From: the human T2T-CHM13v2.0 reference genome, Homo sapiens
NCBI RefSeq assembly: GCF_009914755.1
Contig: NC_060925.1
Direction: 5' to 3' (one strand)
Length of the DNA: 64,000 bases
Part shown: piece after piece, positions 17,695 to 39,050 of the stretch
Position numbering within the stretch: the first letter of the stretch is position 1
Layout of the letters: each line of letters starts with the position of its first letter
The notes under the pieces: model-generated
Database searches by the model: none
What the model was told of the DNA's origin: nothing
The model's input: the letters and a program-made list of their open reading frames with translations, nothing else
Made by a program: the position numbers and the translations under genes

Positions 17695-18017
17695 TGAGTA
17701 GCTGGGATTACAGGTGCATGCCACTAACGCCCTGGCTAATTTTTGTAATTTTAGTAGAGATGGGTTTTGCCATGTCGGCCAGGCTGATCTCGAACTCCTG
17801 ACCTCAGATCATCTGCCCGCTTTGGCCTCCCAAAGTGCTGGGATTACAGGCATGAGCCACTGCGCTTGGCCTGTAGGCTATGTTTTTGAGCCTGAAAAAA
17901 GCAATTTTACAGATGGCACAAGAAGAATTAGAAATATGAATATAGTTAAGTATTTGTTTATGTTTTGAAGCACAAACAGGGAAAAAGAAACCAAAAATAA
18001 ATTAAAATGGTTTCCTA

Positions 18018-18453
<436 letters not shown>

Positions 18454-18976
18454 TCAGGCTTTATGTAATTGCAAAGTAAAATTAAGTAAGTAAGGAAAAA
18501 AGCATTCCTGAAACATAAAACGCGAGTTACGTTTCAACATAAAAATATAGCAGAACAATTGAACAATTATACATAGGGCCGGTGGCATGAACACTGAAGG
18601 ATTTTTTCATGTTATTTTAGACACAGTATTTTTCATCTACATACCTGCTGCAGTATATCCTAAGGACAAGAAGAAGTACCAAGGAATCTTAAACAGTACT
18701 TAGGAATCCTCTTAAAAATTATATTGGTATTGTTATTTTGAAATTGTGTGTGTGTGCAATTACTATCCTCTACTACTATATGTGCACAAATAATTATGTT
18801 AATGTCCTCACTAACAAGATTTTCAGCATAAAAAACAGAGATCCAAATTGAAAAATTAGGCTGGGCTTCATGGCTGACACCTTTAATCACAGCACTTTGG
18901 GAGGCTGAGGTGGGAGGATCACTGGAGCCCAGGAGTTCAAGACCAGCCTAGGTAACACCGCAAGACCTCATCTCTA

Positions 18977-19096
<120 letters not shown>

Positions 19097-19237
19097 TCAC
19101 TGCACTCTAGCCTGGGTGACAAAGCAAGACCCTGTCTCAAAAAAAAAAAAAAAAATTAACAAAGCTAGATAAAAACTCTGTAATCATAAATTTAGAAATA
19201 TCAATATAAATTTATAAATTCTTTTTTTTTTTTTTTT

Positions 19238-19536
19238 AGGGACAGGATCTTGTTATGTTGCCCAGGCTGGAGTGCAGTGGCTATTCACAGGCATGATCCC
19301 ATTACCGATCAGCACAGGAGTTTTGACCTGATCCATTTCTGACCTGGGCTGATTCACCCCTCCTTAGGCAACCTGGTTGTCCCCTGCTCCAGGGAGGTCA
19401 CCATACTGATGTCAGACTTAGTGTGGACACCTGATTGGCACAGTGCACTGCAGCCCAGAACTCCTAGGCTTAAGCTATCCTCCTGCCTCAGCCTTCCAGC
19501 TACCTGGGACTACAGGCACGCACCACTGCACTTGGC
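19238..19536 (-). pseudogene. RN7SL451P: Full-length 7SL (SRP) RNA processed pseudogene
   Basis: Reverse complement aligns end to end with 7SL RNA, including the S domain that Alus lack (…GGTGACCTCCC…CCAGGTTGCCTAAGGAGGGGTGAA…GGTCAAAACTCC…); poly(A) tail 19222-19237; TSD ATAAATTCTTTTT at 19214 and 19538. Symbol is from memory of the locus and not verified. Confidence 0.92.
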
Positions 19537-20547
19537 AATAAATTCTTTTTCTCTTTCTAAAAACATGTATTTCCTAGGTCTGTTCACTGAAACGTCTTAC
19601 CAACAAAAACAACCTACAAGCAATTAACACCTTATAACCAGATAATGGCTCCCCTTTTTTTTTTTTGAGATGGACTTTTGCTCTGTTGCCCAGGCTGGAG
19701 TGCAGTGGCACGATCTCAGCTCACTGCAATCTCCACCTCTTGGGTTCAAGTGATTTCTCCTGCCTCACCCTTCCAAGTAGCTGGGGTCACAGGCGCGCGC
19801 CACCACACCCGGCTAATTTTTGTATTTTTAGTATAGACGGGGTTTCACCATGTTGGTAAGGCTGGTCTTGAACTCCTGACCTCAAATCATCCACCTGCCT
19901 CGGCCTCCCAAAGTGCTGGGATTGCAGGCGTAAGCCACTGTGCCCGGCCCAGATAGTGGCTTCTAAATATCATTTTTCACTATGAGGAATCAGGGAACCT
20001 TGGAGAAATGACTGATTCCAGATGCGGAACAAGAATATAGAAGATGGGCTGGGCACAGTGGCTCACTCCTGTAATCCCAGCACTTTGGGAGGCAGGGTTG
20101 GGAGGATCATTTAAGGCCAGGAGTTTGAGATCAGCCTGTGCAACAGAGCAAGACTCCTGTCTATTAAAAAAAAAAAAAGAATATTTAAGAAGAACCTGGG
20201 ATATCTTTTTAGGCCAGAAAACAAGAAATTTAACTAAGTACTGGATTTATGTCAAAAAGACACTGGGGCCATCTTGAAGGGGCTCCTGGGTCAACTTAAG
20301 CATTCAAAAGAACAATATCATAAAAAGAATCATAACTGCAATGGATTGAAAATTGAAACACTGAATATATAGAAATATATGAGTTCATTATGGTCCTAAA
20401 AATAAGTGAAAGAAAACGCACTGGTCTTCTTTGGAGGTTGCTAGGGAAACCATTTATTTTTCTGTAAATTGGCAAATAGAAAGAAAGGGTCAAATATATG
20501 TCCCGCCTTCCCTGTGCACACTGCAGCTGAGAGATCCTATGGTTGGT

Positions 20548-21520
20548 TGCATCAGTTTCCTGAGGCTGCTGTAATAAATAACCACAAACGACATGGTTTA
20601 AAATATCAGAAATTTATTTTCTCACAGTTCTGGACACCAGAAATTTGAGATCAGGGTGTTGGCAGGACCAAGCTGCCCTCAAAGATGCTGGGGGGCTTCT
20701 TCCTTGCCTCTTCCAGCTTCCAGCGGTCACGGGCATTCCTTGGCTTGTGGCTGCATCACTCCGTCTCTGCTTCCATCCTCACATGGTCTTCCCTTTTTCT
20801 CTGTGTCTTTGTCCGTCTGCTTTTCTCTTATAAGGTCATTTGTCATTGGACTTAAGGTCCATTTGAATAATCCAGAACTTCATCTCAAAATTCTTTACTT
20901 GATTATATCTGCAAAGATCCTTTTCTTTTCTTTCTTTTTTCCTTCCTTCCTTCCTCCTTTGCCCTTCCCTTTCTGTCCCTCCCTCCCTTCTTTCTTCCTT
21001 TCCTTTCCTCTCCTTTCCCTTTCTTTCTCCTTCTTTCTTCCTTCTCTTCCCTTCCCTTCCCTTCCCTTTCCCCTTCCCCTTCCCCTTCTCCTTCCTTCCT
21101 TCCTTCCCTCCCTCCTTCCTCCTGCTTTCTCAGTTCGTTTTCTTTCTTTCAAGATGGGGTCTCCCTCTGTTGCCCAGGCTGGAGTACAGTGACACAAGCG
21201 TAGCTCACTGCATCCTCAACCTCTCAACCTCCCAGGCTCAAGTGATCCTCCCGAATCAGCCTCCCAAATGGCTGGGACTACAGGCACGCTCAACCACACC
21301 CAGCTAATTAAAACAATTTTTTTTATAGTGACAGAGTTTCACCTTATTGCCCAGGCTGGTCTGGAACTCCTGAGCTCAAGCAATTTGCCCTCCTTGGCCT
21401 CCCAAGAGCTGGGAGTACAGGCATGAGCCACCCCCCCCAGCCCCCTTTTTCCAAATAAGGTCACATTCACAGGTTCTGGGGGGACATTCTTTTGGGGTGG
21501 CCACTGTTCTACCCTATAGA
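20548..21520 (-). mobile_element. MLT1C-like MaLR LTR interrupted by an AluJ with a long pyrimidine-rich tail (~20920-21442)
   Basis: 'tcagtttcctgaggctgctgtaataaataaccacaaac…aaatttattttctcacagttctgga…' and resumption 'ttttccaaataaggtcacattcacaggttctggg'. Confidence 0.75.
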
Positions 21521-21959
21521 GTTGGTGAGAATGAGTTCTTCTTGGAGGAATTACAGTTAGTATATTCAGAAGGAGTCATTTTGCAGCCTCAATGAAATGA
21601 TGGACCCCGGTAATGATCATGATTGGTTTCCAACACCATTAGATGGGAGATTGATGGGATCTTTACACTATATTGCATTCTATTCTATTCTATCCTATCC
21701 TATTCTGTGGATCAGGCCGACAACCTTTGGAAACACTGAGCAGTGTTAACATCACTGAACACGAAATAAGAGTACACACTGTGCTTCTGGAAACTCAGGC
21801 CACAGAAGAATGTGTAATTCGCCATGAAGAAGTAAGCCCCATGAGGAAGATGGGATTTTTGTTTTCTTTTTCACGACAAACTCCAACCACCTGAAAAGAC
21901 TATCTGGTATGTAAGATGCTCAGTGAAAATGTACTGAATGAATGAATTAGCATTCATAT

Positions 21960-22480
21960 AAAGAAATGCTAAAAATCAATAAGAAAACAACTAACAACCC
22001 AACAGAAAAATCATAAGGAGGGGGGAACTGACAATTTACAGGAGGAGAAATAGGAATGATCAATAGTAATTAAGGCAATGAAAATGAAAACCGCAATGAG
22101 ATATCAATTCACAGCCTCGGATTGGCAAAAACTTTAAGGTCTGATGCTACCAAGTGCAACTGAGGATGTGAAGCAATCTTCATCCAGGGCTGGGAGCGTG
22201 AACAGGTGCAACCGCTCTAAAAGCAGTTTGGTAAGACCTCATAAAGTCGAACAGGGGCATCTCCTAGGACCCAGAAATTCCACTTCTAGGTATTTACTTT
22301 ACAGAGACTTGCATGAATGCATAAGAAACAAACATGCTCATCGCAGCATTACTTATAATGGAAAAATATAGGAAACAACCTAAAAGTTTGTCAATAGGTG
22401 AATGTAAAATAATGATGTTTTAGAGATCATATCATGCAGTGGTAAAGACAAATGAACTAGAAAATGAAAATTAGAAATAT
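21960..22480 (+). mobile_element. L1ME-like 3' fragment
   Basis: 'aaatcaataagaaaacaactaacaacccaacagaaaaat…aaaaccgcaatgagatatcaattcaca…gacccagaaattccacttctaggtattt' typical of the L1 ORF2 end/3'UTR. Confidence 0.7.
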
Positions 22481-22625
22481 GAGCATGAGGCTGGGCACGG
22501 TGGTTCACGCCTGTAATCCCAGCACCAAAGTGGGAGGCCGAGGCGGGTGGATCATGAGGTCAAGAGATCGAGACCATCCTGGCCAACATGGTGATACCCC
22601 GTCTCTACTAAAAATACAAAAATTA

Positions 22626-22964
<339 letters not shown>

Positions 22965-23236
22965 CTAGGCATGGTGGAGTACGCCTGTAGTCCCAGCTAC
23001 TCAGGAGGCTGAGGTGGGAGGACAGCTTGAGCTGGGAGGCAGAGGTTGCTGTGAGCCAAAATCGCACCACACTGCACTCCAACCTCGGCAATAAAGCCAG
23101 ACCTTGCCTCAGAAAACAAAATGACAAAACAAAAAACAAAAAAAGTTACAAACATGTTGAGCAACAAAAGCAAGTCCAGGAAAAAATAGCGTAGTATTTA
23201 TAAAAAGTTGAATAACAAAATAATGATGTACATACA

Positions 23237-23590
23237 CAGTTAGGTGCCAAATCACAATGTTTTAGTCAGTGATGGGTAGTGTAGTCGACGGTGGGCCCAG
23301 AAGATGGTGACACTGTATTTTCACTGTGCCTTTTCCATGTTTAGATACGTTTAGATACAGTAATACTTAGCATTGTGTTACAGCTGCTTACAGCCTTCAG
23401 TAGAGTAACATGCTGTGAAGCTTTGTAACCCAGGAGCAGTTACACTGCTCCACAGTGTGGCCACACCACAGAGCCTAGTGTGGGTAGGCTATGCCATGTG
23501 GGTCTGTGCAAGTACACCCTACGGTGTTCACACAATGACTCATGACACGTTTCTTGGCACATATCCCTATTGTTTACTGACACATGACTG
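23237..23590 (+). mobile_element. Tigger3a-like non-autonomous DNA transposon (TcMar-Tigger)
   Basis: Starts CAGT…, ends …CATGACTG followed by TA; internal 'tgtattttcactgtgccttttccatgtttagatacgtttagatac' matches the Tigger3a consensus as I recall it. Confidence 0.75.
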
Positions 23591-23664
23591 TATAATGTCA
23601 AGGAGACACAACACATAGTAAAGGTAATTAATAAGAAAAACACCGAGCAGGGGCAAGTGGCTCA

Positions 23665-24147
<483 letters not shown>

Positions 24148-24388
24148 TTAAGTGTAGTGGTGATATCAATTATGAGGAGGGATGGAAGAGAACTCAGTCT
24201 TTAACGACTTACTGCAGAAGGTGGGTGGTGATACATGGGTATTTATTACTCTTTATTACCTTTATTACTATTTATCCCTTTAAAATAAAAATCTGATTAC
24301 ATCATTTTCCTACTTCAAAACTTCCGGTGTTTCTCATGACACTTTTTTAAAAAATTAATCTTTTATTCAATGTTATAGGTAGTATTAA

Positions 24389-24734
<346 letters not shown>

Positions 24735-26099
24735 TAGCTGTGGTCTGCCTCCCTGGCCCTGGCCGCTTTCTGGGCATCATCTGTCTCTGCCCTCCCTTTT
24801 CTCACCGAGCTCTGGTTGCAGCGTTCCTCAGAGACACCAAATGTGTTCCGGCCACAGGGCCTTTGCACATGCCGTTCTCTGCACTGAACATGGGGCATGG
24901 ATCTCTCCTCCTCCTTGTTGTGCTTCTTTACTCACCTCACAAAGGCCACCAGGCCATCTTCTGTTTTACCCCAGGGATGACAATGAGCTTGAGAGGATGG
25001 CTTCTTTGCCCTTGTGCCCTGAGCTGTGAGCCCAGAGCTCAGCCAACTGCTCCCACTGTGCTCCTATTCAGGGAGGGCTCGCCTATGGAAGCGGCTGCAC
25101 AGTGGCTCTAGAAAGAATATGTCCTGTAGGAGGGAAGGGCTGCCCTCTGGGTGGAATCATGGTGGTCTCCAGAAATCTCCTCCACTGGATTCCTGGGCTG
25201 GAGGAGCCACGTGCTCCCTGCAGCCACCTAGGGCCACCGGGAGATTCTGGTCTGAGGCAGGAGTGCAGCTGCAAATGCAGAAAGCAAGGCTGGGGTGTCT
25301 GGGATGAAGCAGGCCGGAACTGGGCTCAGCACCGAGCTAGCTCTTGGGATGTTTTATTTACCAGGGTCATTCACATTTATGTTGTCCTTCAAAAGATCCT
25401 GAAAGTTCTTGGGCATGGTGGCTCATGCCTGTAATCCTAGCACTTTAGGAGGCCATGACAGGAGGACTGCTTGAGCCCAGGAGTTCAAGACCACCTTGGG
25501 CAACATAACAAGACCTTGTCTTTACAATAATGAACATAAAAATAAATTTAAATAAACATTCCTGAAAATTCCCATGGATCTCAGCCTGTCTTGAGTCTCT
25601 CAGCAACACCATGAGCGGGGAACTCTGATTGCCAAGGTACAGGTAGAGAAACTGGGGCCCAGCTTTCATTAGCAACAGAGCCAGGATTTGAACTCAGGTC
25701 TCAGACTCTAAGCCAGTCATCTTTCCATCATTCTATGACTCTTCCCTTTGCGATGAAGGAGGGGGACCCAGGCAATACTCCCATATGACTAATGGATCCA
25801 GAAAAATCATTACTTTCAGAACCTACAAAAAAACTTTGAGGACAAAAAGCGTGGGTTTCTGAAGCACCTTCAGCCCTGAGCAATCCCAGCACTTTGGGAG
25901 CAGTGAGCAAGCTGTCATTTTCCCTGCGCTTCTCGCAGACCTGGAAGCACAATTGTTCCAACAGTGACAGTTTACAGGGTGTTCATTGGCACTCACTGTG
26001 GTTCTCACGGAGGAATGGCAGGCTTGGCGCTCAGCCTGGGAGAGTCTGCTTTCTGGAAAGGCAAATAGGAGCCAGGAAGCTGCTGGTTGGACTGAATCA

Positions 26100-26977
<878 letters not shown>

Positions 26978-27063
26978 TAAAAACTAAAACTAAGGAGCTG
27001 GGCATGGTGGCTCACCCCTGTAACCACAGCACTTTGGGAGGCTGAGGTGGGCGGATAACGTTA

Positions 27064-27373
<310 letters not shown>

Positions 27374-27878
27374 CTAACATTCACTTTATAAACTACATTG
27401 TTGAGGCCAATTTTGTTTTCTACAAACCTCCTAGAAGCTGGAGAGCACGCGTGGGCCCCCAGCCACAACGGGGCATCCTCTCCCAGGGACAGCAGAAAGA
27501 ATCGTGTTCTTTAAACAGCCACAAAACCACGTTGTCAGTGGGAAGGAAGTCACTGAGCAACTGCTCCCGAGGGGCAGAAGCTGGGAAGACCCTAGTGGGG
27601 CCTGGGATCTTGATGTTCTAATATTGGTTCCTGTAAATTCATGTTGCTCAGTACAAGTTTTGAGAAACAAAACATCCTTCCTTAGACACAGCCCGTTAGC
27701 TGTTACATGGTGCTGGCCGTGGGTGTTCCTCTCACCAGTGCCAGAAATTCTCTGAAAGACCTTCTGTGTTGGTGTCATTTTGTAAACAAAAACAAAAAAA
27801 CCCCCAAAACCTAAAGCAAGGAAGGTTCTTGAACAGATTGGAGGGGTCAAGCAGAACCAGCAGCCCCGACAGAGGAGG

Positions 27879-27896
27879 TGCTGCCCTCCAGTGGCG
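27879..27896 (-). promoter_or_regulatory. Candidate CTCF motif (reverse)
   Basis: Minus strand CGCCACTGGAGGGCAGCA, one mismatch from the canonical CCACTAGAGGGCAGCA. Confidence 0.5.
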
Positions 27897-29722
27897 TCTG
27901 TGAGGACAGCAGGGGCTGTGCCCAGGAGACCTCAGAAATCATCCAGTCCACCCCCTCCCATTTTTAATATTGGTAAACTGAGGTACAGAAGATCTATAGA
28001 GGTCTCCAGGTAAGTTAATAGCATATCAAGGACAAAGGGCAGATTGCGTGTCCCTGCACTGTTCCAGTGGGATGTGGGGGGCTCTGGACATGGGGATGTT
28101 GGTCCCTGTTTCCTCTATGCACTGCTTAAGGAATTTCCAAGCACCCTCACACCTGAATAATGGGGGTCCCCCACCCCACCCACAGCTGAAGGGACGGTGG
28201 GCCAGCAGTCACTCAGGTGCCCCCTCTCAGGCCTCAGTAAGTGATATCTGAATGCCAAGGCCGTGCAGAGGGGACCACGATTGGCACCTGGTCACCCTAA
28301 AACTCACACAAGTGTATGCTGGGGAGCAGGTGCTAAGCCCTTCGCAGGAAAGCCGCTGTCCAGGGAGAAGGATGCAGGGCTGGAGAGAAGCAGAGGAGGA
28401 CCTCTGGGCTTCCGAGGGGGGTCAGCGTGGCGGGGGTGGTGAACGATGACCTGCTGACAACCGCCGGACCGGGCTGTACTTCCTGCCCTTGACTTACACA
28501 GAAATTCCCTGCAGGCCTCGGTTGCATTTCTGCTCTTCACAAATACACCGTTCCCAACTAAGACAGCACGCCTTTGATTTTGTTGGAGCCTCAGGGACAG
28601 GCTTTGCTATCTCCACGTCCTGACAATGACGCTGGGACAAGACAGTATACCCTGACACAGCCTCTCAGTGGGATGCTGGGACCCAGCTCCAATTCCTGTG
28701 CTCTCATCGAGCCCTTGGACCCCTGGAGCTGGCCTATGGGACACGTCAGCAAGAGGTGGAGGGCGGGGTGCATTTTCCAGGTGGCTCCAAGCAGTCTCAG
28801 CTCCACCAAGGCAGGACCCAGGGCTGAGTTTGAGGGTGTCAGGACCCCAGCATCTTCCAAACATGGGGCGAATGCCCCCACAGTCTCTGTGTCAGAGCTT
28901 CCCACCCTACCCTGACAGCATAATGAGCTCCTGTGGGTGGAGGCTGACAGAGGCCCCGGACGCACCGGGCTCAGGGGTGCTGCTCATGCATTGACCTCTC
29001 TTTGAGAGGGGCCCTGAGAGACGCCTGCTTGTGTACGTCTTAGAGGCAAAGATCCAGATGGTCGGGCACGGTGGCTCACACCTGTAATCCTTGGGAGGCC
29101 AAGGCAGGTGGATCGCCTGAGCTCAGGAGTTTGAGACCAGCCTGGCCAACATGGTGAAACCCTGTCTCTACTAAAATACAAAAATTAGCTGGGCGTGGTG
29201 GCAGGTGCCTATAATCCCAGCTACTCAGGAGGCCGAGGCAGGAGAATCACTTTCACCTTGGAGGCTGAGGTTGCAGTAAGCTATCACACCACTACACTCC
29301 AGCCTGGGTGACAGAACAAGACTCTGTCTCCAAAAAACAGGAAAAATCCTTTTTGGCTTATAAGCTTCTCTTTGAAAATAAAAACACTACAGGGAAAGTT
29401 AATTGATGAAGCATTATCACTTAATTAAATCAGTGTGAATTAAACAACAGATAGCAAGTAGTTTCATTGTGATGCCTTTCTTTTGGGTTTCAGATGGTGG
29501 ATTTGATAAGGAGGAAAGGAGTATTAGAGGCAGCTGACTGAGGGAGGCCTGAGGCTGTTGGTTGAGTCACTGTTTCATCTGGGGTAGGCCGGGACTTCCA
29601 TGTGAAACTAAGTGTTTGCAGAGCCCAGTGGGCTGTGTGGCTGCATCTGAGAACTGCTGGGAGCTGTGGATTTGCTGGGGAATCAGCCCAGCTGTCCCCG
29701 GGAGGTTGGTGGGGGCGGAGGA

Positions 29723-29980
29723 GGGACACAGAGGAGTGTCCCTCCATGTAGGCAATGACATGGGATGTCAAGGTCAGCCAGCTCAGGGACTGTGTGCTCC
29801 CTGGGGAGAGGAAGGGCTGGCTCTGGGACCTCTGGGCTCCCTGGGGAGAGGCAGGACTGGCTCTGCGACCTCTGGGAGCCTGAGTGCAATGGTCAACGTG
29901 TGGGCCCCCCATCACAGGAAGAGGGAGCCATACTGGGGATTTCTAAGTACCAGCAAGGGTCTCCAGGGCTCTGTAGGCAA
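29723..29980 (-). pseudogene. Unprocessed SLC2A7-like pseudogene fragment: degenerate exon 10 (29723-29796) plus ~180 bp of homologous intron 9
   Basis: Aligns to SLC2A7 46972-47194; exon part 54/74 identical with a 2-nt deletion; translates [11 protein letters not shown]/fs/[12 protein letters not shown] versus [26 protein letters not shown]; acceptor AG kept, donor GT lost. Confidence 0.85.
29796..29876. repeat. 40-bp tandem duplication (2 copies, 3 mismatches)
   Basis: gctccctggggagagg(a/c)agg(g/a)ctggctctg(g/c)gacctctgg repeated at 29796 and 29836. Confidence 0.9.
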
Positions 29981-32674
29981 TTTTTTTTTTTCTTTTTTTT
30001 TTGAGACAGAGTTTGGCTCTGTCACCCAGGCTGGGGTACAATGGCACGATCTTGGCTCATTGCAACCTCCGCCTCCCAGGCTCAATCACTTCAGCCTCCA
30101 GAGTAGCCGGGACTACAGGCACAGCCCAGGCACCATGCCCAGCTAATTTTTGTATTTTTTGTAGAGACAGGGTTTCACCATGTTACCCAGGCTGGTCTCG
30201 AACTCCTGACCTCAAGTTGATCCTCCTGCCTCAGCCTCCCAAAGTGTTGGGATGACAGGCGTAAGCCACGATGCCCAGCCTGTAGGCACTATTAATAAAA
30301 TAAAAATAGAATGTAAAACCTCAAATCATGGATATAAAAATTAAGCAAAGTTAATCAATATAGCAAAAGAAAAGAAAAATTCAAAAATAGCAAGAACATA
30401 TAAGAAACAAAGCATACAATAAGATGCAGAAGAACAAACATCAATTGTAAGACATAAGAATGGATTAAACTCTGCTATTCAAGGGCAAATATTCTCAGAT
30501 GGGATCAAAGAATAAAAAACTAAGACATAGCTAAAACATAAGACAAGCTGGGTGTGGTGGCTCATGCCTGTAATCCCAGCACTTTAGGAGGCTGAGGCAG
30601 GAGGATCTGTTGAGGCCAGTAGTTTAAGACCAGCCTGGGCAACATAGTGAGACCCTGTCTCTACAAAAAATGGTAGTGTGTGCCTGTAATCCCAGCTACT
30701 CAGGAGGCTGAGGCAGGAGGATGGCTTGAGCATAGGAGTTGGAGGCTGCAGTGAGTCATGACTGCACCACTCCACTCCAGCCTGGGTGGCAGAGTGAGAC
30801 CCAGTCTCCAAAACAACTACTACAACAATACAAAGCAAAAATAAAAAAGATAAGACAACAGAGAGGTTAATGCAAATGCAACTGTCGCCCAGGCTAGAGT
30901 GCAGTGGCACGATCTCAGCTCACTGCAACCTCCACCTCCTGGGTTCAACCAATTCTCCTGCTCAGCCTCCCGAGTAGCTGGAACTACAGGTGCACGCTAC
31001 CATGTCTGGCTAATTTTTGTATTTTTAGTAGAGAAGGGGTTTCACCATGTTGGCCATGCTGGCCTTGAACTCCTGACCTCAAGTGATCCACTCGCTTCGG
31101 CCTCCCAAGGTGCTGGGATTACAGGCGTGAGCCCCTGTGTCCAGCCAACATAAACATTAATGCAGAACCCAAGGCTAAGAGCATTAAAGACAGGTTGAAA
31201 GAGCAGAAGTAGCACCTTTGGGATGTGGAGATTTGATCAAATTGGCATTTCAATGGCGCTGAGGATGCCAAGAACACCCAAATCCTAACCTGGGACACCC
31301 TTTTCTCCCAGATCTCTGTGAGACACAGCGGCTGCTCTTCGTCCTCCCCAGTTCTCAGTCCATGTGTTTTGAGTGGGATGTGTCAGCGTGCTACAACCTG
31401 TTGGCTACAAGGATTGTTTTCCGGGATAGATGTGATCAAGGAGCCCAATCAGGTCCCACCCCAGAATGTGGGGGGACTCAACCACAACATGTACAAAACT
31501 AAATGCCTGGTTTCCCCAAAAAGCCTGGTACTTTCCTTGTGACCCCAGATTCAGTAAGTGTTACCACCACCCATCCGATGAAGGATGTAAAAACCAGCAA
31601 ACATTTGTAACCTCTCCCTCCCCATCACCCACTCTCCAGTCCATTATTGAGCCCCATTGATCTCACTTCCTAAACGTCTCTCAATTGTAGTCTCAACAAT
31701 CTCTAGTGACCTCCATTTTTCCACTATCCCTCTGTAGTCAAGCCACCAGTATCTCTTCCCTGGTCTATGGAAGTGGCCTGCTAACTCGTCTCCTTACTTC
31801 CACACTTGCTTCTCTCTACATTTGTCTATTCCAGCCCATTATCCAAGCTGGGGTCACAGCCATTTTTTTTTTTTTGAGGCAGGTCTTGCCCTGTTGCCCA
31901 GGCTAATGTGCAGTGGCATGAACTGCACTCAACCTCCTGGGCTCAGACAATCCTCCCACTTTAGCCTCCTGGGTAGCTGGGACTACAGGCACATGCCACC
32001 ACACCCAACTAATTTTAATATATTTTTTTGTAGAGATGGGGGTCTTGCTATGTTGCCCAGGCTAGTCTCAAACTCCTGGGCTCAAGCAATCCTCCTGCCT
32101 TGGCCTCTGAAAGTGCAGGGATTATAGGCATGAGTCACAGCACCTGGCCTGCTCTTTCTTTCTTTCTTTTTCTTTCTTTCTTTCTTCCTTTTCTCTTTCT
32201 TTCTTTCTTTTTTGTGCTCATTAACCATCCCCACCTTCCTGCTGCTTTGTTCTCTAATGAACTATTTTATTCAAGACCTTTGTTTTCAGAGACAGAAAAT
32301 CCAGAACACACAAGTTTTAGCAACACAGGGAACCCATTGTTTCACCTACCAGAAGAATCCAGGGGAGGCCTGGCTTCCAGTATAGCCGGAGCCCAGGATC
32401 CAGAGTGTGGCATCAGAAGTGTGGTCATCCTGTCTCGGCTTTGCACATCCTGTCTGTGGGCCTTGCCCTCAGGTGACCAATCCCCTGAGTGGGTCTCAGA
32501 AGCTCCAGGATTCCAGCCTTGCAGCCCAGCCACCCAGGAGGACTGGCATAGAGATGCCCTCCCTGAAGTGGGACCCTGAAGAGAGTACCGTGGGTAAAAG
32601 ATTAGGAAAGAAGCCCACCTAATAAAGGGAGATGGCAAGGAAACCTGACATCAGGTTGCAGATCTGGGTAAAGG

Positions 32675-33013
32675 ATGCTGCTGATAAAGACATACCTGAG
32701 ACTGGGCAATTTACAAAAGAAAGAGGTTTAATTTGACTCACAGTTCCATGTGGCTGGGGAAGCCCCACAATCATGGCGGAAGGCAAGGAGGAGCAAGGCA
32801 CGTCTTACACGGATGTCAGCAGGCAAAGAGAGAGAGCTTGTGCAGAGGAACTCCTCTTTTGAAAACCATCAGGTCTCATGAGACGTATTCACTATTATGA
32901 GACTAGCTTAGGAAAGACCTGCCTCCATGATTCAATTACCTCCACCAGGTCCCTCCCACAACGTGTGGGAATTCAAGATGAGATGTGGGTGGGGACACAG
33001 CCTAAACATATCA
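32675..33013 (-). mobile_element. THE1B/C-type MaLR LTR (slightly truncated)
   Basis: Reverse complement begins TGATATGTTTAGGCTGTGTCCCCACCCACATCTCATCTTGAATTCCCAC; contains 'ctgataaagacatacctgagactggg'. Confidence 0.88.
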
Positions 33014-33592
33014 GGGGAGAAAGGTAGCCTTTGAGCATTTGTAAGCACCAGCTTGTCCTTCCCTGGCTTTAGGGTTTGAATCCACATGGCTGCAATTTAA
33101 AAAGGGCATAAAAACAAACAAACAAACCCTAAACTAAAACCTCAGTGGCACCTCCTGGTGTCTGACAGAAGCAATCACAGAAACATTTCGGGCCACTGTA
33201 GATATTTGAATATGGTGGGGCTATTAGATGATATTAAGGAATTATTTTAAATTTTGGTATGTGAAATAAAAGTATTCTATAAAAACATGACTTTATTTAT
33301 TTATTTAGATACAGAGTCTCGCTCTGTCGCTCAGGCTGGAATGCAGTGGCACGATCTTGGCTCACTCTAACCTCCGCCTCCCAGGTTCAAGCGATTCGCC
33401 TGCCTCAGCCTCCTGAGTAGCTGGGACTACAGGTGTGCGTCACCATGCCCGGCTACTTTTTTTTTATTTTATTAGAGACAGGGTTTCACCATGTTGGCCA
33501 GGATGGTCTCAATCTTCTGATCTTGTGATCCACCTGCCTTGGCCTCCCAAAGTACTGGGATTACAGGCATGAGCCACAGCGCCTGGCCACCC

Positions 33593-35730
<2,138 letters not shown>

Positions 35731-35734
35731 AGAA

Positions 35735-39050
<3,316 letters not shown>

